A stretch of DNA of 64,000 nt. Source: Spirochaetia bacterium. GTDB lineage: Bacteria > Spirochaetota > Spirochaetia > DSM-16054 > Sediminispirochaetaceae. The position numbers and the translations under genes are program-made. The notes beneath the pieces were generated by a model that was given only the letters and a program-made list of their open reading frames with translations, ran no database searches and was not told the DNA's origin. This document shows, piece after piece, positions 50,601-60,127 of this stretch; position 1 is the first letter of the stretch; each line of letters opens with the position of its first letter. The stretch spans positions 162,785-226,784 of the forward strand of contig JAXHMY010000007.1 in assembly GCA_034520965.1 (NCBI GenBank), read 5' to 3'.

Positions 50601-52529
50601 TGTCTTGATGCTCCTCCAGACCTGATCTATGTCCTTATGGTTCAGTTTGCTCAACTGCAGCAGTTGAAAATGCACATTCAGATCGTTCTCATTAAACAGA
50701 ATAATACAGTCGGCTTCGATATCACTTTTTCTTCCAGCCCGGCCGGCTTCCTGTACATACCCCTCCAGGGAGTTTGATATTTGATAATGAATGACTTTAC
50801 TTACATCATCCTTATCCACACCCATGCCGAAGGCGGTTGTAGCAACTATAATAGTAGTTTCCCCCTGCATGAATTTGTTCTGATTTTCTATTTTTTCATC
50901 GCGCTCCATTTTTCCATGGTAGGGAAGCGCATTGTACCCATCTTCCGACAGTTTTTTCGCAAGCTGCGAGCAACTCTTTACTTTGGTTACATAGATGATT
51001 ACAGGTTCAGCGGATTCATCCAAGACTCTCAGTAATTCCTGATATTTGGTTTTGTTATCCTTTACAGGAATAATTCTATAATGCAGATTTGGGCGAAATA
51101 CTTTGGTGGTGTACTCTGCTAATTTTAAACCGAGGGTTTCATGGAAGTAAGCTTTAATATCTTCGATTACCTGCCGCTTCGCCGTAGCAGTGAAACAGGA
51201 AACCGGAAAAGGCTTTGTAAGCCGTTTGTCCTCCTGCAGTTGGTTGATGAACTTTCCAATATACTCATAGTCAACACGAAAATCCTGTCCCCAAATAGAG
51301 AAACAATGTGCTTCGTCAATGATAAACCTTGCTATTGTACGCTTCTGCAAGAGCACCTTTGTGGTTCGAGACCGGAGCGACTCCGGGGACAGATATAAAA
51401 TATGAGCTCTTCCATCTTCGATTCTATGCAGTGCATCACTTCTTTCGATGGGTGTCTGTAAACCGTTCAAAGTAACTGCTGATACAATCCCGTGTCTGGA
51501 TTCGAGTACATCGATTTGATCTTTCATCAAAGACTGTAACGGCGAAATGACCACCGTCAGATGGCTGCAGCTCTCTCCCAGCATCAAAGCCGGTAACTGG
51601 AAGGTAAGCGATTTGCCACCTCCGGTCGGGAATACGGCAATAAATGACTCTCTGGATAAGGCGACATCTACCACACGTTTCTGCAGCGGAATTTTATCTG
51701 ACGGGTTGAAATTTCTGAAATCATCATACCCGAAGTACCGCTTCAGCGCTTTGCTTGGATTAAAGAAATTCCTGCAATAGCTGCAATGGGGATCATCGCA
51801 TATCTCTCCACTGAGATGATCTAAAATGAGGCCGGATTCGGGATATTGACGCAGTACCCATTGGGGAAGACAACTGTCGGTACTCTTTGTGTTCAACAGC
51901 GCCAGCACATATGCGAAGGGAACCGGATGTTGTGTAATGTACGGCAGCAGCGATTTTGAACTGCAGATTCTATCCTGTAAACCATCTCTAATATTGCGTT
52001 CTAATTCTGCCTCAGCTTGGTGCGATAAACTAAATTCGATGTACTCAAAAAAACCTTTAAATCCTTGTATTTTATGCAATAAATAATACAGAATATCCTT
52101 GAAAGAATCATCCAATTCGTCGAAGGCTTGAATCTCATCCAGCAGAATCTGCTGTGCTATCTTCGAATCCTCCAGCGGATTATTTAACTCTTCTGAAACA
52201 AGCTTGTAATCCTTAACCAGGCTGTGATACGGGCGTTTTGGAAAGAGCAGGGGTGATAACAATAACGTGTCGATGGCCTCGGGAATACTGGAAAAAAGCT
52301 GAGCACTTCCATTTTCCAGCAGCATGGGAATATCGTGGGCTACTATGTTATGGCCGCAGACGAAGCGCGCCGCTCCCATAAATGTTGCCAGCTGCTTCAA
52401 AGAAGCTCCATGATATAATTCACCATTGAATACTGCCCCAATATCAGCAATTTGATGGGTGTCGGTAGTCTCTAAGTCGAAGAAAAGATTCTTTTCCATA
52501 TTTTTTTCAATATCGGCATTCATATTCAT
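47688..52529 (-). CDS. DEDD exonuclease-like + RecQ helicase + UvrD helicase fusion
   Basis: FFDLETT, GHNIVAHD, DTLLLS; PTGGGKSLTFQLP, DEAHCFSIWGQDFR, AFGMGVD, QEAGRAGR; AGPGSGKT, DEFQD, VGDDDQ, TMHKSKGKEF, YVAITRAK. Confidence 0.93.
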   Translation of the reverse strand: MNMNADIEKNMEKNLFFDLETTDTHQIADIGAVFNGELYHGASLKQLATFMGAARFVCGHNIVAHDIPMLLENGSAQLFSSIPEAIDTLLLSPLLFPKRPYHSLVKDYKLVSEELNNPLEDSKIAQQILLDEIQAFDELDDSFKDILYYLLHKIQGFKGFFEYIEFSLSHQAEAELERNIRDGLQDRICSSKSLLPYITQHPVPFAYVLALLNTKSTDSCLPQWVLRQYPESGLILDHLSGEICDDPHCSYCRNFFNPSKALKRYFGYDDFRNFNPSDKIPLQKRVVDVALSRESFIAVFPTGGGKSLTFQLPALMLGESCSHLTVVISPLQSLMKDQIDVLESRHGIVSAVTLNGLQTPIERSDALHRIEDGRAHILYLSPESLRSRTTKVLLQKRTIARFIIDEAHCFSIWGQDFRVDYEYIGKFINQLQEDKRLTKPFPVSCFTATAKRQVIEDIKAYFHETLGLKLAEYTTKVFRPNLHYRIIPVKDNKTKYQELLRVLDESAEPVIIYVTKVKSCSQLAKKLSEDGYNALPYHGKMERDEKIENQNKFMQGETTIIVATTAFGMGVDKDDVSKVIHYQISNSLEGYVQEAGRAGRKSDIEADCIILFNENDLNVHFQLLQLSKLNHKDIDQVWRSIKTLSGNKNRISKSALEIAREAGWDQEQYDIDTKVKTSIAALEKCNYVHRGMNVPRVYADSFQIRNIIEAKKKIRTYANLDKSDLQNLDAIIRIMVKRSKKEQQVDYLADKVGLDMRTTCRYINILREVGVLGDRKDLVISIDTSTNRDGAKTILKRLMEIEKKLLEHYAEEKVIVNLKQVNEELQKESSDTYYVKEIESVLHYWKAAGWVDYTKSNNGTYYQIEFQFSGDIIKNRLHRQNDLSGRVIEYFIEHSTKSESIDAKNRSQIDFSIVQLKDTLTQGLLGEAFEIEEIEAVLLFLGKTKVIELVDGFFVYYPAITIDRIEKNNRKRYTQDDYSTLEEYYQNRIQQVHIAGEYAKRMIDDYESALVFVDDYFTLEYADFIKKHFPNRKTEIERPLTLEKFNRLINDVSQEQLAVIQDNTSQHIMVAAGPGSGKTRVLVHKIASLILMEDVKPEQFLMLAFSRIAAMELKDRLFQFLGKMAYALDIYTFHGLCFELNGIQGNIHKSENIIEATIDKLEKGELTEDKITTKSILLIDEFQDVGSNEFALVNLIIKKAETIRSIIVGDDDQNVYEFRGASVENFRAFATRYNARSIELLTNFRSVRNIVQFSNHYVHTIQNRLKSNQLQPHRSQTGEIKLFSYTTENLYQPVVEQLCQEQPAGSTAILTFTNEESALVHGLLEQKGINARLIISDNQFSVSNLLELRTFTFYLERNKENAFSGIDEQYWLQSVQHIRKKFSKSINLNLFNELIYLFEKTYPQKTISEWTTFVNEIKVEDAYIPKKDTVVVSTMHKSKGKEFDNVYIMLRNYQLTSDERKRLLYVAITRAKNNLSIHTNTQEIAFSKDIPDLHYEAVTNEYASPSEIVIQLGHRDVYLGGFEHNSKQHIVKNLTAGDILFTGDQENTLYTSTGRAALNFSKRFSTEIKEKWINKGYHIESAKASFILVWKDQTEEKEYRIVLPSLRLRKEMG

Positions 52530-52596
52530 TTACAAGCTTAACATGAGATTCTAAGAAAATGTTGCAGATTTATTCCATTTCGGTATAAGCGCTTTC

Positions 52597-52658
52597 CACT
52601 GATACATAAACTGCAAGTCCTCCGCGCATCGTGCAGACTAAGAACTGCGGAGTGGCGG
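52597..52658 (+). repeat. 62-bp dispersed direct repeat C (second copy 59882-59943)
   Basis: cactgatacat.aactg.aagt.ctcc...catcgtgcagac.aagaactgcgg.gtggcgg. Confidence 0.85.
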
Positions 52659-52665
52659 GAGAATG

Positions 52666-52762
52666 CGAAAGGAAAAACTGCTGGGATTAGCCGACTGTTC
52701 CTGGAACTCCAGGGGGCAGGATATCATCATAACAGGAGCGATCGGAATGGGAAAAAGCATCG
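52666..52762 (+). pseudogene. IS21 IstB-like ATPase remnant
   Basis: RKEKLLGLADCSWNSRGQDIIITGAIGMGKS resembles the IstB segment before and including Walker A. Confidence 0.5.
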
Positions 52763-52955
52763 TTCTGACTTCGAATGGGTGGACGCGGCCGGGTATCATC
52801 TATAATGCAGCATAATACGACGTATTCACCTTACTCCTACTCTTCGCTGCTTTCCTTTGACATTGACACATTCAGTGGTTTTATGAAGTTTATTGTACCA
52901 ATCCAGTACAAAATGAGAATATAATAATTTGCTTTAGTTATCCTTTTCGCGTATC

Positions 52956-52984
52956 TTTACATTTATAATGGACCCCGATATAAT
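52956..52984 (+). promoter_or_regulatory. Sigma-70 promoter of higBA
   Basis: TTTACA-17-TATAAT, 7 nt before ATG 52992. Confidence 0.65.
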
Positions 52985-52991
52985 ATTATCC

Positions 52992-53285
52992 ATGATAAAG
53001 ACTTTTAAGTCTTCCGGCACAGAGGATATTTTTGATGGGGTGGCATCTCAAGCAGCGAGAAAATGCTGTCCTAAAGTTATTTGGCCGGTGGCTCGACGCA
53101 AGTTGGATCAAATCAACCGAGTTCGAGATATCAGTGAACTAAAAGTGCCTCCTGGGAACCGTCTTGAACACTTAAAGGGTGACCGGGAGAATCAATATAG
53201 TATACGTATCAATCAACAGTACAGAATTTGTTTTACATGGGAGGAAGGTTATGCCTACGAAATCGAAATTACAGACTACCACTGA
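52992..53285 (+). CDS. higB: HigB (RelE/ParE) toxin
   Basis: MIKTFK, ARRKLDQI, PPGNRLEHLKGDR..QYSIRINQQYRICF, EITDYH. Confidence 0.93.
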   Translation: MIKTFKSSGTEDIFDGVASQAARKCCPKVIWPVARRKLDQINRVRDISELKVPPGNRLEHLKGDRENQYSIRINQQYRICFTWEEGYAYEIEITDYH

Positions 53286-53592
53286 TGTCGGGCGACGGCT
53301 GCCAAGAAAACGCCCCCCGACCCATCCCGGGGAAATGCTTTTAGAGGAGTTCGTTAAGCCGCTCGGCATCACACAAACAGAACTTGCTCGCTGCCTGGAC
53401 GTTTCTTACCCTCGTCTCAATGAAATTATTAAAGGCAGGCGTTCGGTAACTCCGGACACCGCATTGCGACTGTCTCGTGTCTTGGGTATGTCTGCGGATT
53501 TTTGGCTGGGCCTGCAGCAGGACTGGGATCTCTGGCACGCAATGAACAATCCCCAGGCGGAGAAGATTAATCATTTGAAACCGATTTGTTGA
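53251..53592 (+). CDS. higA: HigA antitoxin
   Basis: PTHPGEMLLEEF, LNEIIKGRRSVTPDTALRL, FWLGLQ. Confidence 0.93.
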   Translation: MPTKSKLQTTTDVGRRLPRKRPPTHPGEMLLEEFVKPLGITQTELARCLDVSYPRLNEIIKGRRSVTPDTALRLSRVLGMSADFWLGLQQDWDLWHAMNNPQAEKINHLKPIC

Positions 53593-53649
53593 AAATGGGA
53601 TAGAGCTTAAAAGGTTTTTGTGTGCAAACTTTGACCTATACTGTGTACC

Positions 53650-53735
53650 CGCCGACCCAAGGGGCCTCCGGCCGGCTACTGGAAGTGGCCCCTCGGTTGT
53701 GGGCGGTGGGGGTCGTCTACAGGATGAGCATCTTT
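53650..53735 (+). repeat. Dispersed repeat family B
   Basis: 33 nt identical to 59533-59565 (cgccgacccaaggggcctccggccggctactgg), then tacaggat..gcatctttt. Confidence 0.85.
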
Positions 53736-53919
53736 TAAATAAATTAAAAAATTTACCTTATGGGGGATAGATGCGGAAGTCTTGTGTATACGCCACACGA
53801 TGCTGCGATGTTCGTTTAAGAAGTGCCTGATAATGTTACGCTTGAGCCATGGTGGTATTTCTAATACTATGGGAGCGATTATGAAAATTGTGTGATTAAG
53901 GTAAAAGAGTATAAGGAAA

Positions 53920-55355
53920 GTGCCCATGCCTAAGATTTTTACAGGCGGTGCGATTGGAAGGCTGCCCCTGCTTATTATGATTACAGTTTTAATTCAGTTG
54001 AGTGTGCCGGGAGTTCCGCTGGTGGCGGATGAGGCCTCTCAGCAGGTGAGCGTGGCGGTGTTTGACCTTGCGGTAACCGGGAATATGGAAAAGGACAACG
54101 CGGTTTCGCTGAGCAATCTGCTGCAGGCGGCGATTAAAGAGAATGCGGTGTTTGATGTGGTGGAGCGTGATCGCTTACAGGATGTGCAGCAGGAGCAGAT
54201 GCGTCAGTTATCTGGCGGGATTGAAGAGGCGGTGGAAATTGGGAAGATGCATGCCGCGCAGCAGCTTTTAATTGGGAGTGTGGGCAAGCTGTTTGATAAT
54301 ATTGTTATTACGGTGCGGCTGGTTGAGACCGAGACGGGGCGGATTATTGCGGCGGATACTATCTACACTGATAAGCAATTTATAGAAACCGATATTAAAA
54401 AGCTCGCTGTGCGTTTAGCCACCAAATCTCTGGATTATACGCGACCAATTTCAATGGAACTCATTAATGTGGAGATCGAGCAGGAGAACTTTCAGAAAGG
54501 CAAAGCGGTACATAGATATTTATATCCAAAGAAACGGGGTGACTCCAGAGGGTGCGCGAACTGCGCGATGAGTTGTTGCCCCGCCTGGCTGAACAATATG
54601 CGGATAATGCCAACCGGCTGCGTAAGGATGATAGTTATGAAGCGGCCCTATCGATGGTTCAAGAGGCCCTGGCTTTGCGGATTGATGAAAAATATGTTGA
54701 ACTGCAGGACAAGATTATTGAGCAGCAGGAAGAACACCAGCAGCGGATAGAATTAAATGAGAAGCGGGAGGCACAGAAGGAAAAAGAGAGGGCCCTGCGG
54801 CGGCAGAAAATTATTGAAAATGGCCGCTTATATCCGCTTCTGACCTATTACCGTAATCTTTCCTTGTACGGTTTGCATATCCTCAGCGCAAGCAGTTGGG
54901 TTATTGATGAGTATCTGAATGTACCCTCGGGTATGGGAGAGCTTGGTATAGAAATATATGCAACTGATGATCCCTTCACGTTACGGGAGGGACAGGGGCG
55001 CGGCATGGTAAATAACATGGCTTTAATCGGCAGCAATATTACTTACATCCAGGGTGAACCGTATTCGCGGCTGGTTTTGAGCGGCTATGTATCGCCCTAT
55101 TTAACTGCCGGCATAAAATTAGCGAACCTCGGAATTATTTTCGGTTTAGATGGGGGCGCTTCTTTTGAATATAATAACGCGCTGGAGGCCGGGTATAGAT
55201 GGGCTGTGAATGGCGGGGCGCATCTTTCGGCCGAAATAAAAATAAAGCGATCCTTCGGCCTTTCGGTACTGGTGAAGGGGGATTATCAATATTATCCAGA
55301 CGCGCCATCGTTGTCTAGGCCGTTGTTGCGGGTAGGAATGGGGTTAGTATTTTAA
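53920..55355 (+). CDS. CsgG-like + TPR + beta-barrel protein 1 (frameshifted near 54500-54550)
   Basis: VAVFDL, FDVVERDRL, AVEIGK...LLIGSVGKL, RLVETETGRII; helical middle; C-term LRVGMGLVF. Confidence 0.75.
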
Positions 55356-55356
55356 A

Positions 55357-57141
55357 ATGGATATACATATAAACTATAGTGAAAGTAAATTGAGCAGGAC
55401 TCTTAAGCTACTCATTATTATCGGATTATTGCTGGTTCCGGTAAATTCTCTGTATGCGCTGCAAACCCTCAAGCTGGTGTTGCTACCCTTGAACAGTACC
55501 GAGAGCTTGACGGATACCCGGGATAAGTTTTCAGAGCAGCTGCGGGTGGAATTGATAAACAGCCAGGAGTTTATTGTGATCGACCCTTTTGTGGTCAGGG
55601 AAGCAATGATAGAACAGGGCGTTGTGATCGGCGGTGATATTGACCGGCAGGCGGTAATAGAAGTGGGTAAGGGCGTAAATGCGGATATTGTGCTTTCGGG
55701 CAGCTTGGGGCGTGAGGGCGAGACCTATCGCCTCACCCTGGATATGATCAGTACTGTCAAAGGTCAGAGCGTGTATGCCGAAACCTATGATATTAGTGAT
55801 AAAAGTTATGTGAGGGATATCCGCTCGTTAACTGAACGGCTTGTAGAGCATGGCCGCTTAATTACACAGATAACACTGGAAGATGTAAAAACGCTGCTTG
55901 AGGTTGGACAGTTCAAAGAAGCGCAGTACGCCTTAAGAACTTATCTTGATTTTCATGAAGAAAACAATTCTGTAGCCCACCTCCAGGAAATGGTGCATGA
56001 GGGGCTCGCGCGCTCTGCATATGAGGCAGCACAGGATTATCTGGATAACTACCTGTTTGCAGATGCCCTGGTGTCCATAAATGAGGCTTTGTCTTATCAG
56101 CCGGAGAATAAACTATATCTTGAGTTTGTTAAAACGATTCAACGTTCAAAAATTGAGTTTGAACAGGCCCGGCAGGCGGAGCTTTTATCGAGCTTGGAAC
56201 ACATCGTTGAGCAGCAGCAATATGAGACCGCTGCTTCCTTAATCGAGATTATGTACAACCGCGGTTATGATTCTACCCGTCTGCAGGAGCTGCATGAGCA
56301 GGTGCGAAGTGGTACTAAAGAGGTTGAGTATTTTCAAAACGCCCAGCGTGCCCTGTGGGAGCACGACTATGTGACTGCCAGATTAGCTATCAGACGGGCG
56401 ATTCAACTGAATCCAAAAGAGGATAAGTACCATGCCTTTTTGCAGAAGCTGGAGGAAGAGGAGTCTGAGTATACTGCCAGCCGAACCGTATGGAGGGAGT
56501 ACCGTGCGGAGTTTCAGAATATAGATCGAATAAAACTTTTCCGGCTCAACAAGCATTTAACGAATGGATTTTCTGTAGGAATGATTTTCAATAATTTCAC
56601 CTATAGAGATAAGAATACCCTTAATGAAGAAGATCAAGGCTTAATAGGTTTTGAGACTTATTATAATTGGCATAGGCTGTTGCCGAATCGAACTAACCTG
56701 AGTGCCCTTTCAATCTACTATGTGCTGCGCAGCGGGATGCGCCTGTCCTACGGAGATTCAGAGGAGTATGGTGTAGCAAATGCGAGCGGTTTCAGGGATA
56801 TTACCCAGGAGCGGACTCTGTATGGTGAGGGGTTTGGCGCAGCCGGAGCGGAGTTCAGTTTATTCAGTTATGTAGTGAGTTTGTTTGCAGAGCTGAACAG
56901 CGGTGGTCTGTATATGTCCGATTACTTCCGGAGCCCCGGAATAGAGGTAGAGAACACAACTCGAAAGGGGTATTTTGGCATCGGCGGTGCTATCGGAACC
57001 GACTTTACCTGGACTCCCACTGAAACTACACATGTTACTGTCGGCTATCGAAGTTCCTGGAACCTCTTTTACCCAGAGTCGGAGCATGAGCAGTTTCGCT
57101 TTTCAACCCTCTCCTTCACCTACGGCTGGGCGGTAAAATGA
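55357..57141 (+). CDS. CsgG-like + TPR + beta-barrel protein 2
   Basis: Signal peptide, IEVGKGVNADIVLSGSLG, TPR (EALSYQPEN, RAIQLNP), C-term LSFTYGW. Confidence 0.8.
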   Translation: MDIHINYSESKLSRTLKLLIIIGLLLVPVNSLYALQTLKLVLLPLNSTESLTDTRDKFSEQLRVELINSQEFIVIDPFVVREAMIEQGVVIGGDIDRQAVIEVGKGVNADIVLSGSLGREGETYRLTLDMISTVKGQSVYAETYDISDKSYVRDIRSLTERLVEHGRLITQITLEDVKTLLEVGQFKEAQYALRTYLDFHEENNSVAHLQEMVHEGLARSAYEAAQDYLDNYLFADALVSINEALSYQPENKLYLEFVKTIQRSKIEFEQARQAELLSSLEHIVEQQQYETAASLIEIMYNRGYDSTRLQELHEQVRSGTKEVEYFQNAQRALWEHDYVTARLAIRRAIQLNPKEDKYHAFLQKLEEEESEYTASRTVWREYRAEFQNIDRIKLFRLNKHLTNGFSVGMIFNNFTYRDKNTLNEEDQGLIGFETYYNWHRLLPNRTNLSALSIYYVLRSGMRLSYGDSEEYGVANASGFRDITQERTLYGEGFGAAGAEFSLFSYVVSLFAELNSGGLYMSDYFRSPGIEVENTTRKGYFGIGGAIGTDFTWTPTETTHVTVGYRSSWNLFYPESEHEQFRFSTLSFTYGWAVK

Positions 57142-58876
57142 ACGGAGCCCTTCGCTCTTTTTTCGCTGGAGTCTTACCTAAGTTGGGTCTAAAGACCACA
57201 GTAAGTTTTATCCTAGCGCTAGTGCTGATTCCAAGTCTGTGTGCAGAGGTTGCTGATACGGCCGATGAGAGGGGGCTCAGAATTGGGGTTCTGCCCTTTC
57301 GCTATTATGAGAATGTAACTGCCTCCCAGGCACAAATTATATCAGAGATTGTAAAGGCACATTTGAGCGAACTCCAGATTATACAGTTGATTGAGCTGGG
57401 CTCGGATGAGTTGATGGAGGAGACTGCCCTGCAATTATCTGGTGCGGTAAAGACGCAGGATGTGCTTGAGCTTGGCAGGCGATATGGTTTGAGGTATGTT
57501 TTATCCGGAAGTTGTGATACCCAGAACGGGAATATTCAGCTAACCGCAATCGACTGCTATTCCCGGCGGGAGGGGTTATGTACGGCAAGACCGCCGAGTT
57601 GGGCACAAATACTATCGAGTCTGATATAGTGATTTTATTCGGGCCCTGGCGGGAGATTTAGAGGGAAAGATTATCGGTCGGAGCCTTGAAGATATTAAAA
57701 CCCTTACAGCACTGCATCACTGGGATGAAGCATATGCGGTACTGCGTGATTATACTGATATTTATGGCGAGAGTAGTGCAACTGATCAGTTAAAGAGAGC
57801 TGTTTTTCTGCAATTTTATAGAGATAGTAAAGAGCGTATGTATCGGCTTAGTGAAGTAAAGGCTCCCCCTGAATGGAACGAAATGGTGCTGCTCATGCTG
57901 AGCTACTATCCGGATGAACAATCCGGCCGGGCTAAGCAAGGGTTGCTGGCCTACCCTTGAAGAGCTGGATGGGCTCTATCGGCAGCAACGTGAATCTGAG
58001 ATTGCAGATGTAGTGAAAGCTATAAGGTCCTATGCGGGGGCTGGAAACATTGTATATGCCAGGGAACTAATGCGTGAGAATAGAAAAAAGTATCCCTATT
58101 CCATTGAATTAGCAGCGGTAGAAGCCTTTTTGAACTCCAGAGAGGCTGAGCTGTGGGCGCGAAGGGCCGGAACCTGCTATCGGCAGATAAGCAGCGGCAG
58201 GCCGCCTACTGACGCGAATAAGGCCTTGTCCCTATTCCCGGCCTCAACCGATTACCTTGAGCTTGTGCAAAAAATTGAGTTAAAGGGCAAACGAGAGCGG
58301 GAATTAGAGCGAACCGTGTATTCCGGTAGAAATGATTGGGCAGTATCTAAAAGACCAGCTTACGGCGGTAAAATTCACAGCTCGCTTACCTTTTATCATG
58401 ATAGGCTGAATGAGGTTTATATTGACGGGGGTTTTCCAACAGTGGGAATCGAGCTGCAGAAATATACGCCGGTCCTGATCCCGCTGTACCGCTATCTTGA
58501 TCTTGATGCGAGGCTGGGGTGGGGGACGAATGAAATGAATTTGAGCGGCGGCGACTTGTATGCGGATTTTTATCATTTAGAACTTTTAGGTGGCATTGGA
58601 GGGATTTTGCGCTTCCACACATTCAGCTTTGCCGTGGGGCTTCACTCCGGTATCGGTTTGCTACGGCGTGATTTGGATATGGATGACATCAATAGCAGTG
58701 CAAGTGGAATGTATTATAATCCCACAGGATCAGTAGAACTACAAGGTTCGGCTGCATACTCCTTTGGAACTGCCTACGATATTGGCCTTGGAATACGTGT
58801 ATCACCGATGTACGTTATGAATGAGGGAATTGTAAACCGGTGGCAAGCCGCTCTATGGTTAGGCCGGTCATTTTAA
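57138..58876 (+). CDS. CsgG-like + TPR + beta-barrel protein 3 (frameshifted)
   Basis: IGVLPF, LELGRRYGLRYVLSGS; ORF pieces 57138-57629 and 57914-58876; C-term LWLGRSF. Confidence 0.7.
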
Positions 58877-58997
58877 GACTTTAATAAAATTGCCAGAATG
58901 AACTGGTGGAAGTGGTGATCTGAATTAACCCTAAGTCATTTGATGTGACTGATAGCAGCTTTGAAAAGGAGTCGTTACTCTCCTGTTAAGGGTATTC

Positions 58998-59450
58998 TCA
59001 GTTCAGTATAAGGGTCAGGTTAAAGGCGGCGATGATTAGGGATAGGGCGGTGAAGCCCAGGCTGATGAGGGTGTGCTGTTTGTCAAAGCGCCGGTTCACA
59101 TCATCGAAGCGACGTTCCTGCGCGGAAAAGCGTTCATCAATCTGTTTTTGCAGTGAGTTGAAGTGTGATTCTTGGGCGGCAAAGCGTTCGTCCATCTGTT
59201 TTTGCAAGGCCTCGAATCGTTTGTCCTGAGCGGCAAACCGCTCGTCTACCCGGCGGAAGCCCTCCTTCATCGAGGCTAACATTTCCTTTATGCTGCTGCT
59301 CAGTTCGGTGTAGCGGCGTTCGTGAGTTTCCTGCTCGACGTAGGTGCCGGTGAGCAGGGCAAAGCAGCGGTGCAGAGATTTGGGGTTCTTTACTTCGACT
59401 GCCTCAGAGAATTCCTCTTCCAGTATTTCGGCCAGATCTTTCATGTCCAT
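58998..59450 (-). CDS. BDR-like coiled-coil repeat protein with C-terminal membrane anchor
   Basis: DERF.AQ..RF repeats; hydrophobic C-terminus; AGGAG RBS. Confidence 0.75.
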   Translation of the reverse strand: MDMKDLAEILEEEFSEAVEVKNPKSLHRCFALLTGTYVEQETHERRYTELSSSIKEMLASMKEGFRRVDERFAAQDKRFEALQKQMDERFAAQESHFNSLQKQIDERFSAQERRFDDVNRRFDKQHTLISLGFTALSLIIAAFNLTLILN

Positions 59451-59492
59451 GCTCCTATTATACATCGGATATACTTGTAAAGACAGGGCGGA

Positions 59493-59636
59493 AGAGCTGT
59501 GGGCTTCAAAATTGAGCCAAAATTGTGTTACACGCCGACCCAAGGGGCCTCCGGCCGGCTACTGGCTGTGGCCCCTTGGGTGGGAGGCGGCGGAAGCCGT
59601 ATACAGGATATGCATCTTTTATAAAAATATTATTTC
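59493..59636 (+). repeat. Repeat D (47 bp, second copy 61354-61400) fused to repeat B
   Basis: gggcttcaaaattgagccaaaattgtgtt.cacgccgac shared with 61354-61400; continues as family B. Confidence 0.85.
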
Positions 59637-59825
59637 CTTCATATGATATTCAGGTTTCAGCAGGTTTTGCCGGCGAGAAGGGTGTTGATCAATGTGTCTG
59701 TAAACTTCAGCTCTCTACAAACCCCGGTTAAAATACAAAGGTGCAGCATCTGTTACAAGTAAATCGATTTTGCAGCACGCTGACTACTTTTTTCTTGTGA
59801 CAATTATCGGTAGACTGTATCTAAC

Positions 59826-59878
59826 AAGGCCTTCCACGCCTCTGCTGCGGCATGCGTACCCGGGAAGGCTTATTTTTG
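59826..59878. ncRNA. Structured hairpin, possibly an abiF-like RNA motif
   Basis: gccttcc/ggaaggc outer stem, acgc/gcgt inner stem; family resemblance is from memory only. Confidence 0.35.
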
Positions 59879-60127
59879 CTGCACTGATACATGAACTGGA
59901 AGTTCTCCATACATCGTGCAGACGAAGAACTGCGGGGTGGCGGTCGTAGGCGGATTGGACAAAAAGGCATTATCAGCCCCTGTCACCTGATGGATAAAAT
60001 TATCACTATATTTCCTGATGTAAGTGAGAACTGACTGAACCATGAATTTTGATGATCATTCGGTTGAGTATACGTGTAGCTGCCTGCAGAGTGGACAAAT
60101 ATTAACTGGTAGTTTATATTTGTACAA

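Noticed and set aside
53531..53548. CTGGCACGC as another sigma-54 promoter (also near 63339)
   Set aside because: No TTGC at -12 and it lies inside higA coding sequence
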